Shown here in pieces: positions 35,931 to 47,500 of a stretch of 64,000 nt of DNA; position 1 is the first letter of the stretch; every line of letters begins with the position of its first letter. The DNA is from Bacteroidales bacterium (GTDB taxonomy: Bacteria > Bacteroidota > Bacteroidia > Bacteroidales > WCHB1-69). The position numbers and the translations under genes are program-made. The stretch covers positions 14,931-78,930 of the forward strand of contig JAFXTS010000020.1 in the NCBI GenBank assembly GCA_017535665.1. Reading direction: 5' to 3'. The notes beneath the pieces are model-generated. The model was not told the origin of the DNA. It saw nothing but the letters and a program-made list of their open reading frames with translations, and did not search any database.

Positions 35931-36497
35931 CTAATTTTTTTTGTACGGACGACCAAGCAGTTGTTCCGCCTTCGTAAATTCTTTGTTTTGAATAAGTTCC
36001 CTAATTTTTGATGAGCAAACTTTATTCTCCTCTAAAATGAATTCGGGAATCTGGATGATTTCGATGGAATTTTTTTCACAAATTTCACGCATCGACGAAC
36101 TATTTCCCTCTCCGTTTCGACCGAAGTTATGGTTGGGTCCCATCACGATGGCTTTCATGCCGATTTTTTCGATGAGAAGTTCTAAAAATTTGGGGAAAGG
36201 TGTCTGTGCAAATTCGGGAGTGAAATGGAGAATGATGATATGGTTAATTTCTTCTTTTTCAATGAGTTTAATATTGTCTTCAGGCGTGTTGATGAGGAAA
36301 AAATCGCGTTCGGGATGCAGCACCTGCTGCGGATGGGGCTGGAAGGTGATGACCACACTCTCCCCATCGTATCGGGCGGCAGTCTCTTTCACGAAAGAAA
36401 GAATCTTCCGGTGCCCCCGATGCACCCCGTCGAATGCCCCCACCGCTATGACAGCGTTGCGAATTTTAGGAAGATTGTCTATGCCGTTGTGTATCAT
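35931..36497 (-). CDS. FMN adenylyltransferase domain of RibF (no kinase domain)
   Basis: G.FDGVHRGH, TF.PHP, G.NH.FG, SS.IR and LLGRPY motifs, then a stop. Confidence 0.85.
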   Translation of the reverse strand: MIHNGIDNLPKIRNAVIAVGAFDGVHRGHRKILSFVKETAARYDGESVVITFQPHPQQVLHPERDFFLINTPEDNIKLIEKEEINHIIILHFTPEFAQTPFPKFLELLIEKIGMKAIVMGPNHNFGRNGEGNSSSMREICEKNSIEIIQIPEFILEENKVCSSKIRELIQNKEFTKAEQLLGRPYKKN

Positions 36498-36664
36498 GTT
36501 GTTGATTCGTTGAATTGTTGATTCGTTGAATTGTTGAGAACCAACATTCAAATTCTAAATACCAATCTCAAATATCCAAATTCTAAATTTTCAAATTCCA
36601 AATCTCTCAAATCTCTCAAATTTTTCAAATTCTAAATTCTCAAATCTCCAACTCTCAACTCTCA
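36498..36664. repeat. Degenerate 7-9-mer tandem tract (TTGATTCG/TTGAATTG, AAATTCT, AATCTCTCA)
   Basis: Fills the whole intergenic space between the ABC permease and RibF-N genes. Confidence 0.85.
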
Positions 36665-37771
36665 CTCTCCCTTCACCCGTATCGCACTCTGTATCGCATT
36701 GCCAATCAGCATAAAAGCGAGCACCAATAGCATGATGGCGATACCCGGCACGATGGCCAGATAGGCGTTGTCGAGTACAATGTAGGCGTAATTTTCTTTC
36801 ATCATCATGCCCCACGATGGGGTAGGAGGTTGCACGCCGAGTCCCAAGAAACTCAATCCCGCCTCCATCAAAATGGCCGACGAGAAATTTGAGGCCGCAA
36901 TCACGATGACCGTGCCCGCCACGTTGGGTAGCAGATGCTTGACGATGATGTGAAAACTGCTATATCCCAATGCTTTACCCGCTTCTACAAACTCTTTTTC
37001 CCTTAAACTGATCATCTGTCCGCGCACCACCCTCGCCACATCTACCCACATGGTGAGTCCGAGCGCCATGAAAATCTGCCAAAATCCCTTTCCCAACGCG
37101 AAACTCAGGGCGATGACCAACAGCAGGGTAGGGATGGACCACACCACGTTGATGAACCACATCAGCACGTCGTCCACCCACCCGCGGAAATAGCCGGCGA
37201 TGGAGCCGATGATGATGCCGATAATCAGTGCGATCGTTACCGAGATGCCGCCCACGGCCAGACTGATACGGCTGCCGATGAGCAGCTGGCTCAGCACGTC
37301 GCGACCGTACCGGTCGGTGCCCAACAGGAATCGCTTGGTGATGACCGGCTGGTCGTCGCTGACCGCAGCACGAGCGTAGGCTGTCTCCTCGCCACCGGTC
37401 TCCAACAGCCTCACATACACGCTGTCGCCAGCCTCGCGGTAGCTGCCTTTGTCGATGGGAACTGTTTGATATTCAGACGGCTGCCCGAAAAGCATCCGAT
37501 GAAAAAAAGAGTGATGTTCCACCTCCGTGGCGGTTTTCAATTGGAGCTCTTCCACGGTGAAACCGGGTTTTCGCAATGCGATTTCCAATTGCTGGTGGTT
37601 GCAGTAGGGCGTAGAATCAGGGGTGATGAGGTAGCCCAACAGGGCGATGATGACGACCAGAAGGATGAACCCTAACGACACCATCCCCATCTTGTCCTTG
37701 CGGAACCTTTTCCATGTCAGCTCCGACAACGAAACCGCACGGTACTCCTTCCTTTTCCACCATTTCACCAT
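36662..37771 (-). CDS. Peptide ABC transporter permease (DppC/OppC family)
   Basis: LGTDRYGRD, G.RISL, EFVEA.KALG EAA loop, EAGLSFLGLGVQPP.PSWG motifs. Confidence 0.93.
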   Translation of the reverse strand: MVKWWKRKEYRAVSLSELTWKRFRKDKMGMVSLGFILLVVIIALLGYLITPDSTPYCNHQQLEIALRKPGFTVEELQLKTATEVEHHSFFHRMLFGQPSEYQTVPIDKGSYREAGDSVYVRLLETGGEETAYARAAVSDDQPVITKRFLLGTDRYGRDVLSQLLIGSRISLAVGGISVTIALIIGIIIGSIAGYFRGWVDDVLMWFINVVWSIPTLLLVIALSFALGKGFWQIFMALGLTMWVDVARVVRGQMISLREKEFVEAGKALGYSSFHIIVKHLLPNVAGTVIVIAASNFSSAILMEAGLSFLGLGVQPPTPSWGMMMKENYAYIVLDNAYLAIVPGIAIMLLVLAFMLIGNAIQSAIRVKGE

Positions 37772-37810
37772 GGAATATTTATCAAATTGGCCGTTATTGT
37801 ACGTTATTAA

Positions 37811-37836
37811 AGAGACGCGGCATGCCACGTCTCTAC
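37811..37836 (-). repeat. GTAG-type REP palindrome
   Basis: Minus strand GTAGAGACGTGGCATGCCGCGTCTCT: GTAG tetranucleotide leading into a hairpin. Confidence 0.6.
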
Positions 37837-37866
37837 CTTATTCAATTTTCAATTTTCCATTTTCAA

Positions 37867-39423
37867 TTATTCCCTCGCCTTCATTCTTTCGATGAACGGG
37901 TTGAAATAATTCTCGCCCTTTGCGGTTACGCCGGCGAGACCTTTGCCGCCGGTTTTGCTGCGCTTGACATCGCCGAAGATTCCCTTCTCGAGAGCGGTGA
38001 AAAGTCCCTCATTGACAATCTCTTGCAGCAGGTCGATGGCATTGTTGAGCACGGTCTTGGCGCGTTCGCGGCAGATGCCACCTTCGCGGAATTCCATCTC
38101 CTCGCCGATGCTGCGCATGTCGTTGAAGATGTAGCGGGCATTCTCGATGGAGAGGTAGCGGTCGCTCATGAAGGGGGTGTGGATAGCCTCGGTGGGCATA
38201 CCGAGCAACTGGATGCCCTGGTGGGTCCAGATGCCGATGATGTTGAAGAGCGCGTCTTGGATATGGCCGCGGAAGATGTTGCCGGTCATGAACTTAGTAG
38301 GCGGCATGTACTTGAGCGTGGCCTTCGGGAAAATCTCGCGGGTCATCTGTGCCTGTGCCAGCTCGAGAAGGAAGCCGTTTTCCAACATCGGATCCATCTC
38401 GAAGGCGTGACCGAGGCCCATCTGCTCTTCGGGCAGACCGGCCAGCAGGGCCAGCTGCTCGTTGATGAGGTCGGAGGCGAGCACGGTGTGGGCGGCCTCC
38501 ACTGCATCGGCGGTGGTGAGGTAGTTGTCCTCGCCCGTGTTGATGATAACACCAGCGAAGCCGTTGATGACGCGGGAGAAATACTGGTCGATGAGGGTAC
38601 GCTGCGGGTTGATGTCGCGGAAGAGGATGCCGTAGAGGGCATCGTTGAGCATCACATCCAGTCTTTCCAAAGCACCCATAGCGGCGATTTCAGGCATGCA
38701 AAGTCCTGAACAGTAGTTGCATAAACGAATGTATCGGCCTTGTTCTTCGCCCACCTCATCCAATGCCTTGCGCATGATGCGGAAGTTCTCCTGTGTGGCG
38801 AAAGTGCCGCCGAAACCTTCGGTGGTGGCACCGTAAGGCACGTAGTCGAGAAGACTCTGACCAGTAGTACGGATCACGGCGATGACGTCGGCCCCCTGGC
38901 GTGCGCCAGCCTGTGCCTGCACCACGTCTTCGTAGATATTACCCGTTGCCACAATGATATACAGATACGGCTTGGGACCTTCGCCGATGGTTTTCAGATA
39001 CTCGTTTCTCTTCGCCACATTGCCTTTGATGCGCTCCATGCAGGCGTCCACGTAAGGCGTGACGGCCTTCTGGATTTCAGCAAGAGGGTGAAGTTTCAGC
39101 TGGGTGATGTCGAGCTGGCCGTTCATCATGGCCTCCGCAATCTCCTGCGGCGATTTGCCCGTCTCCAAAATGGCATTCCCCATGTAGAAAAGCACGCCCT
39201 CTTTCAGTACGCCTTTCTCTTGCAAGGCATTCACCACCACATTCGGCAGCGGCACGTCGTTGCTGTCGATGCCGTCGATGCCGATGAGGCGGCAGAGGGT
39301 GCGTTCCACGGCAACGGTGGTGTATCCGTCAACAAATTTTTGCACGTCGGCGGCAATGTCTCCTGCTAATTTTTTAGCATATCCAACTTTCTGAAAATCA
39401 AGACCTAATTTGCTTTTTTCCAT
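37867..39423 (-). CDS. kamD: D-lysine/beta-lysine 5,6-aminomutase alpha subunit
   Basis: IVATGNIYED, RTTGQSLLDYVPYGAT.EGFGGT, NYCSGLCMPE, NTGEDNYL, KYMPPTK motifs; 518 aa. Confidence 0.95.
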   Translation of the reverse strand: MEKSKLGLDFQKVGYAKKLAGDIAADVQKFVDGYTTVAVERTLCRLIGIDGIDSNDVPLPNVVVNALQEKGVLKEGVLFYMGNAILETGKSPQEIAEAMMNGQLDITQLKLHPLAEIQKAVTPYVDACMERIKGNVAKRNEYLKTIGEGPKPYLYIIVATGNIYEDVVQAQAGARQGADVIAVIRTTGQSLLDYVPYGATTEGFGGTFATQENFRIMRKALDEVGEEQGRYIRLCNYCSGLCMPEIAAMGALERLDVMLNDALYGILFRDINPQRTLIDQYFSRVINGFAGVIINTGEDNYLTTADAVEAAHTVLASDLINEQLALLAGLPEEQMGLGHAFEMDPMLENGFLLELAQAQMTREIFPKATLKYMPPTKFMTGNIFRGHIQDALFNIIGIWTHQGIQLLGMPTEAIHTPFMSDRYLSIENARYIFNDMRSIGEEMEFREGGICRERAKTVLNNAIDLLQEIVNEGLFTALEKGIFGDVKRSKTGGKGLAGVTAKGENYFNPFIERMKARE

Positions 39424-39554
39424 TCTTTTTATATTGATTTTTTATAAAATTATTCTAATTCAGGAATTAAGCGGCAAAATTACAAAACAATTTCAAAATG
39501 ACAAACGACAGTTCACGCCTTTTTTTGTAACTTTGCAGCCTCAAAATTTGCTAT

Positions 39555-41330
39555 ATGTCAGAAGACCTTCATTTAGTAAGCGATTTAGCGCTTATACTTA
39601 TTTCAGCTGGTATTATCACCATCATTTTCAAGCTGTTGAAACAACCACTTGTGTTGGGGTATATTGTTGCGGGCTTCTTGGTGGGACCGAATTTCAAGAT
39701 TTTCCCCACGGTCGTTGAGCAGACATCCGTGCATCAGTGGTCGGAAATAGGAATCATCTTTTTGCTGTTTGCCCTCGGCTTAGAGTTCAGTTTCCGTAAG
39801 CTCTTCAAGGTGGGAGCCACCGCCATTATTGCCTCTGCCGCCGAGATTGTCATCATGTTTTGTGTGGGCTTTTTCACGGGCTATCTGATGAAGTGGACGG
39901 TGATGGAGAGCATTTTCCTCGGTGGTATGCTGGCCATGTCCTCTACCACCATCATTATCAAAGCTTTTGATGATTTGAATCTGAAGAAGGAAAAATTTGC
40001 TGACATCACCATGGTTATCCTTATCATTCAAGATATTGTGGCCATTTTGATGATGGTGTTGCTTTCTACTGCCGCTGTGAGCCAGCAGGTGGACGGAGCA
40101 GACATGCTGATGTGCATCTTGAAGTTGATTTTCTTCATGGTGCTTTGGTTTGTGGTGGGCATTTCCATCATTCCCACCTTTTTTAGAAAGGCGAAAAAAT
40201 ACATTAACGACGAGACCCTGCTCATCATTTCTATTGGGCTCTGTTTTGGGATGGTGGTCTTCGCCAATTATGTGGGATTCTCATCGGCATTGGGCGCGTT
40301 TGTGATGGGTTCTATTCTTTCAGAAACTATTGAGGCAGAGCATATTGAAAGATTGTTGAAGAGTGTGAAAGATCTCTTTGGCGCCATCTTTTTTGTGTCG
40401 GTGGGTATGATGGTTGACCCTCAGATTTTGATTGATTATTGGCCTACGGTTTTGGCGCTTACGCTGATTGTTTTGGTGGTGAAGGCATTGATTTCTTCAT
40501 TCAGCGTGCTGATAGCGGGTGAAGATTTGAAGACCTCTTTGCAGGTGGGTTTCAGTTTGTCGCAAATCGGCGAATTTGCCTTTATTATTGCGGCTTTGGG
40601 TGTTTCGTTGAAGGTGATGAATCCGGTCATCTATCCGATCATTGTGGCGGTGGCGGTCATCAGTACTTTCACCACGCCGTACAGCATCCGGCTCGCGGCT
40701 CCGGTGTTCCGTTTTTTAGACAAGCGGATGCCCGACAAAATGAAGCGGGCGTTGGATTCTTACCAGTTGTTAGGAGGCAACAACAAGTTTGGAAGTGGCT
40801 GGCGGAAAGTGATTTCCACCTCGCTCACCCGTACAATCATCTTTGGGGTTTGCAGTTTCGCTGTGGTGTTGGTTTCGGTGAAATTTTTCTATCCTTTCAC
40901 TCTCGAAAAACTGAAGGACACCCTGCGCTACGATTGGATTATCAACCTGATCAACTGTGTGACCACGTTGGTGGTGCTTTCCCCGTTCCTGCTGGGACTG
41001 ATTCGGCACGGCAGCCGCACGCAGGCGGTCTATTCGCAGTTGTGGCGGCAGAACCGATCCAACCGCATTGCCATTGTGGCCTGGACACTGTTCCGTGTTT
41101 TCGCCGCCTGTATGTTTGTGATAACCGTGCTTTCCAAGACCTTCAGCGCCAGTCTGTGGGCCCTGATTCCGATTGCCATCGTCTTGGTGCTATTCCTCGG
41201 TCTTTCGCGCAATGTGCTGCACCGATATGCCCGTTTGGAGGAGAATTTTATGCAGAATCTGAATGCCAAAGAGCAGGAAAATGTCTCGCCATTGCCTGAA
41301 CTTGAAAACCTCAATGAGATAGAAAAATAG
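39555..41330 (+). CDS. Cation:proton antiporter (CPA2 family)
   Basis: LKQP.VLGYIVAG, GLEF, SSTTII, FF.SVGM, QIGEFAFII motifs; many TM segments. Confidence 0.92.
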   Translation: MSEDLHLVSDLALILISAGIITIIFKLLKQPLVLGYIVAGFLVGPNFKIFPTVVEQTSVHQWSEIGIIFLLFALGLEFSFRKLFKVGATAIIASAAEIVIMFCVGFFTGYLMKWTVMESIFLGGMLAMSSTTIIIKAFDDLNLKKEKFADITMVILIIQDIVAILMMVLLSTAAVSQQVDGADMLMCILKLIFFMVLWFVVGISIIPTFFRKAKKYINDETLLIISIGLCFGMVVFANYVGFSSALGAFVMGSILSETIEAEHIERLLKSVKDLFGAIFFVSVGMMVDPQILIDYWPTVLALTLIVLVVKALISSFSVLIAGEDLKTSLQVGFSLSQIGEFAFIIAALGVSLKVMNPVIYPIIVAVAVISTFTTPYSIRLAAPVFRFLDKRMPDKMKRALDSYQLLGGNNKFGSGWRKVISTSLTRTIIFGVCSFAVVLVSVKFFYPFTLEKLKDTLRYDWIINLINCVTTLVVLSPFLLGLIRHGSRTQAVYSQLWRQNRSNRIAIVAWTLFRVFAACMFVITVLSKTFSASLWALIPIAIVLVLFLGLSRNVLHRYARLEENFMQNLNAKEQENVSPLPELENLNEIEK

Positions 41331-41355
41331 TGACAATTTTATCGAAACCTTTATA

Positions 41356-41393
41356 AAGCGCTGAGTGATAGTTCACTCGGCGTTTTTCTTTTT
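41356..41393 (+). terminator. Rho-independent terminator
   Basis: GCGCTGAGTGA-TAGT-TCACTCGGCGT followed by TTTTCTTTTT. Confidence 0.85.
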
Positions 41394-41531
41394 ATAAATA
41401 ATATTTCATATTAAAGGCAACATTTTTTTCAATAAATGGTAAAGATAGAAAGGAATATTTTTCGTATTTTTGCTCTTTAATGCAATAATTTAGGCATATT
41501 ATATTGAACTCACTGATTAACAAATAGTTAT

Positions 41532-44500
41532 ATGAAACGATTGGGATCCAAACTGCTATTAATTGCTGTTTTAGGCATGTTGTTGGGACAAGTGCATGCT
41601 CAGAACACCAATAATTTGTGCATCAATGCCAACCCGTTCTGTACGGATGAGAACCCCTACGGTGTCTCATTCCCTGCAGGTACTGACGCTACTGCTACTC
41701 CTGACCTTCCGGACGCGCAGCGTGGCTGTTTGTACTACACTCCTGCTCCGGCTTGGTATGTGATGCAGATTGACAACCCTGGTAGCTTGTTGATTTATCT
41801 GGAGCACAGTGGAGGTCGTGACATCGACTTCGCTTGCTGGGGTCCTTTTGAGGGCTATAATACCTACGGCGAGCTCCTTCAGGCAGTTTGTACCTCCCGA
41901 CTGACCGGTGATGGTGCCACCCATCGTCCCAACAATGGGTATCATGATCCCAACAATCCTGGCACATGGGGTGGCTATCCCAGCGGCAACCTCATTGACT
42001 GCAGTTACAGTGCCCAATCTACTGAATGGTGCTTTATTCCCAATGCACAAGTCGGTCAGTGGTATATCTTCTTGATTTGTAACTATTCGCGTGCCCCTGG
42101 TACTATCTCTTTCAGCGTGCAGGATGGTGAGGCTACCACCAACTGCAACATTTTGGCGAGCATAAGTAATAACGGTCCTCTCTGTGAAGGAGAGGATTTG
42201 CAGCTTTTCTGCAATGCTACCAGTACCATCGGCTATTCTTGGACTGGCCCCAACGGATTCACCTCCAACCAGCAGAATCCAATCATCCCCAATGTGACTC
42301 CGGCGGCATCGGGCACCTATACGGTTGTCTATCAGCCCAACAACTCCAATGAGCCGCAGACGGGTAGCACCTTAGTTGAGGTGTATGACCGTCCGTCTGC
42401 TTCTATTACGCCTTCCCAGACCGCCTTGTGTAATGGCGAAGCGGTCTTGTTGGAAGGTTCTTCCGATTGTAATGATTGTCAGTTCCAGTGGAGCAATGGG
42501 TCTGACCAACACTCCATCAGTGTGATGCCGCGTGTGACGACCACCTATACCCTTACGGTTACCAATGGTAACTGTAGTTCGGTGGCATCGCAGACCATCA
42601 CTGTGGGCGCTGTGCCTACCGTGGCGGTTGCGCCCGCTGTCATCACGCTCTGTTCCGCCATCGGCTTCGTTGACCTTGAGGCCATCTCTACGCAATGCGG
42701 CACGGGCTGTAGTTATGTGTGGAGCAACGGCACAGTCGGCTCTGTGAATCATATCACGATGGACGACTGTACTGCTGATGTGGACAATATTTTCACGGTG
42801 ACCTGCACCAACAGTTATGGTTGTACGGCAGAGGCATACTCCATTGTTCGTATGACTGAGAATGTGGATGTGGCGGAATGTAATGTGTTTTATGCAGATA
42901 ACCATGGAGATCCTGCCTCGCAAGGTCTTACACCATCTTCGCCGACCACCATTGAGCATGCTATTGAGCAGGCCTCTTGTACCAACGCCATCATCCGATT
43001 GGATACAGGAAGGTACGTCATTGACCAGCCTATCCGCATGGCCAGCAACCTGACCTTGGAGGGTGGTTTTATGGATGAATACAAGATAAAGACTTCAGAG
43101 ATAGGTGCCACCACCATTTATCGTTCCAACCAGTATGTGGAAGGAACCTCGACGGCACCCCGACTGGTGGCTATTGAAGCCAACAGTTTGAATGACTTCC
43201 GTTTGCAGGATTTGACCATCCAGACAGCCAATGCGCCGGAACTGCCTGCCGTGAATACCGCCACCAATGCCGCCGATGATAAAGACTGCTACAATATGGT
43301 GGACCCGGGTGAGCTGATTCCGACGGTGACGGTCAACATCGGCAATACGATTATACCTTCCACCACCACGCAGGTGCTTCCGGGTACCAGAGCGTATAGC
43401 CGTTACGTGACTTTGTACAAGGCGAGTGAAATAGGCGACCCCATGACCTTTACGGCACTCGGATTCGATGTGGCTTCATTGACGGACGTGCCAGCGGATG
43501 GCTCTTTGCGTCATTTGAGGATCACACTGGTGGAGGTCCCGTTCGAGAGTTTTAACCAATTTCTGAATGGTAACCAAACAACGAATGGCTGTGGCGTTCA
43601 GTATTTCACCGATTTGTACAATATGTCGGGTGCCACAACGGTATATGATGGTTATTTCTGTGTGGATGGAACCGGACTTGTCACCTTCCCCATCAATTAC
43701 GATTATCAAGGTGGCAATCTGATGGTCATTCTCGATGGTGTTGGCTGTTACACTGCTACCTCCAACGGCGGTTGTGCTCTGAATGTGCGTGGCGGTACTA
43801 CCAATGCTGCAGAATACATGTCGGGTAGAAATCAGAGCCAGACGTCTACACCGCAGTCCGCCAATAATCAGTGGAACCTTATTCCGAGATATTATGCGGA
43901 GCGTCCTAATATCTCATTCTTCACCTGTACCGACCGTACCGTTGCTGGCAACGTGGTGGCAACGGTGAGTCCAGGTAGCACCCCGAGGAATTTCCCGCTT
44001 CCGGGTGAGTCGGGTCACCATCGTACAGTTGCCCTCTATACGGATGATGAGATTGGTACAGGTCCCCGTATGCTCTCCGGCATCGCTCTTGACGTGGCCA
44101 GTATCTCTGCCAATGCAGGTAGAACGCGTACGGTGCGCATTTATATGAAAAACACTACGGATGTCACGTTGAATGCCGGTCAGGTGTGGAACCAGTATAT
44201 CTCCAATGCCTCTTTGGTTTATTCGGGTACTTTCTGTGAGGATGCTACGGGATGGACGACCTTCCCTGTTGATTTCGCCTACGAAGGAAATAGTTTGATG
44301 GTGATGATAGAGGGTGAGGGTTGCGGCTCTACGGGCGGTTGTCCGGTAATGGTCAATTGTAGTTCGGTCTCAGATCAATGTGTGTACACCACCACCAATG
44401 AGGGAGCCTATTACTCCATCAACACATTGGCGGCTTCTGCCTATCGTCCCAACTTGCAGTTATATTCCACCAGTAGCGAGGATGATATTTTCTATGTGAA

Positions 44501-47500
44501 TGAATCTAACTATGGCGTATCCACCTATGGTATCCACTTGGCCAACTGTGGTCGGTACGACATCGTTCGTTGTCGAATCATGGCCGGTAATGCCAGTAGA
44601 GGAAAGAATGGAACAGTAGGAAAGAATGGTGGTGATGGCGGTAATGGCGGTAATGGTAACATCGGATTGACGGGTGTGATTGAGGATGGTGTGACGCATG
44701 GTGAGATGGGTACCTTGTATGTGTCTGGTGGAGCAGGTGGTTTGGGTGGACGCGCAGGTACTTCCGCAGGTACAGCCACCCCCGCTGGACAGGGCGGTAA
44801 TGGTGGACAGGGTGGACAATACAAGACACAGTCCCCATTCGAAACGAACGCTGGTGGTAATGGTACTGATGGTGGGAACAATCCGGGTTCTCGCACGATG
44901 GGACATACGGCAGGTTCTAATGCCAGTTCGCAGCCTGGTATGGTAACCGCTGCTGCCCAATGGACGGATCCGACGATGATACAGACTGCAGCCAATGGTG
45001 CTGCGGGTGTGAATGGTACCAACGGAGTGACAGCCAACCCCATTTATAACAACTATTTCAACCCCGGTGTTCAGGTGAATGGTGGAGATGGTACTGGTGG
45101 CGCCGGTGGTGGCGGCGGTGGCGGCGGTGGTGCCGCTGCAGCCAAGAATACCTACAGCAGCGACATGCGTCTGGCTCTGGCTTCCGGTAGCGGTGGCGGT
45201 GCCGGCGGTGGTGGCGGCGGTGGTGGCCAAGGCGGTGGCGGTGGCTACGGCGGCGGCTCATCGTTCGGTATCTATTCCTACAATGATGCAGGCGACAGAA
45301 ACATCATGGATTGCTATATCACTGCAGGCGCAGCAGGTATCGGCGGTAATGGTGCTGTCGGCGGCACCGGCGGCACCGGCGGCGCTGGTGGTACTTGCGA
45401 TGACATCGCCAGCATCAGAGCAAAACATAACAATGACAATACGTTGACAAACTATATAGCAGCCGCCTTTGCGGGTTATGGAGATAATGGTGGTTCTGGC
45501 GGTAATGGCGGAAATGGTGGCCGTGGTGCCGATGGTGCCACCGGCGCAAGTCACGCCACCGTGGATGTGACGAACCTCGGCGTACCGACTGCACCGGCAG
45601 CAGATTTTACCAACTGGCCCACGCTGTTGTCACAAAACATCATTCATGCCGGCTCGCATGAGAAGCCTTATACCAGTTGTACCGATGTGGAGATGGATAT
45701 GTGTAGCGTGGGCGACCAACTCTACTATACCACGTTCGGTAGCGAGGCTACTCCTTCGTCAGGCAACTCCTGTACTACCATCCAATATACGGGTATCACC
45801 TCTGACCTGCCTAACCAGGTTACGGCTACGGGTCGTAAGACCCCGCAGGCTACTGGAGCCAGCACCAGTAACCGTTATTCAGGTTTCAACCTTGTGCTTT
45901 TCAGCCCTGTTGAACCTGGACATATAACCGGTAACCCGGATGTGTGCCCCGGAGAATATAGTTATTGCATCGCATACGAAACCGGTTACTTCTATTCCTG
46001 GGATATTATTCAAGGAAGAGAATATGCGGAGTTCATCTCCGATACCACGATCAACTGCGTGGCGGTATCGTTTACGAATAGCACCAATGAGGTACAGCAA
46101 GTGGCTCTGGAAGTTCAAATCAGTCCGCCCTGCTGCCCCAGTTTTGTTCGTGACACCTTCTGGGTGGATGTGGAACCCATGGTTCATATCGACAATATTA
46201 CCTCTACGAGAAAATTGTGTGAAGGCGCCAACTCCACATTGTGGGTGATGGCTACCCCGCCAGATGCCACCTACCAGTGGATGCTGAACGGCAACCCCAT
46301 CAATGGGGCTACCAGCAGCACTTATACCGTCACCGACGCTTCTGAAGTGAATACAGGTGAATATGTGGTGGTGGTGACAGGTGCTTGTAATGTGGAGATG
46401 GATACCGTGCAGGTACAACTCAGACCTATGCCTGAGGTGACCGTCATGGTGGACGAACCGCTCTGTGTGCCCGCCTATCCGCTGTTTATCTTTACCTCCA
46501 ATATGGATGGGGTGGAGGTGACTTTTACATTTGAAGGGAACACCTATACCATCACCGTGGATGAGGGAGAAAACTATGTGGATGACATTCTTGCACATGG
46601 TACCGGTATCGTATCGGTGGTGTCGGCTGAATCGCCAGATCATTGTGTGAATAATGACGTTTATTCAGACCTGTTCCTTGCTTTGAACAGTGAGGATGTG
46701 ACTTCTGCAGGTGCCGACAGAACCTATTGCGATACCTACGTGCCCATTGAGGCGGTTGAGCCCGACAATGAGGGTGAACATGTAAGTTACGGACATTGGG
46801 AGCTGGTATCCACCAACCCGTCAGGAAACACAGTTGTTTTTGATGATATCAACAATTATAGCACCCATTTTACCGCCAGCGGTCCTGGCGAGTATGAGAT
46901 CCGTTGGGTGCTCACTGTTGAAAACCCCTGCCCGAACGAAGTGGCCGATACGGTGGTCATCACCATTACCGAACCGCTTGACCTCACCTTCGAACCCGGC
47001 CTGACCTCCTGCTTCGGCGAACCAGTGAATATTGCGGTCCTCGGCAGCGGGGGAACTGCTCCCTATACTTATTACTGGATTGACAATAGCGATCCTGACA
47101 ACCCGGAGGTGATCGGATTGGGTTACCGTATTGAAGGTCTTGTGCCGGGTGTAGATTATTTGATGGTGATGATGGATGAAAATGAGTGCGAGTTCGACAG
47201 CAACTTCGTCATCACGCTACTCGCTTCACAGTCTATCAACATCCATGACATTGATACGCTTTGTCCGAATGCCGAAAATGTGCCGGTGGCGATTACCATT
47301 GATGATGGAACGGCTCCCTTCCATGTTGCTATTACCTATCAGGGACGTGTCTATGAGTACGATACCGAAGAACACGAACTGAACTATAATTTGCCTTTGG
47401 CTTTAACGGGATGCGACATTCATGATACTATTTATTTGGCCATTACCGACCGTAACGGATGTACCGCATACGACACCGCAGCTTTTGTAGTGGCCGACCT

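Noticed and set aside
39555-41330. CPA2 antiporter seeming shorter than homologues that carry C-terminal TrkA-C domains
   Set aside because: Clean stop followed by a terminator and no remnant downstream; likely a natural variant, and the length comparison cannot be verified here.
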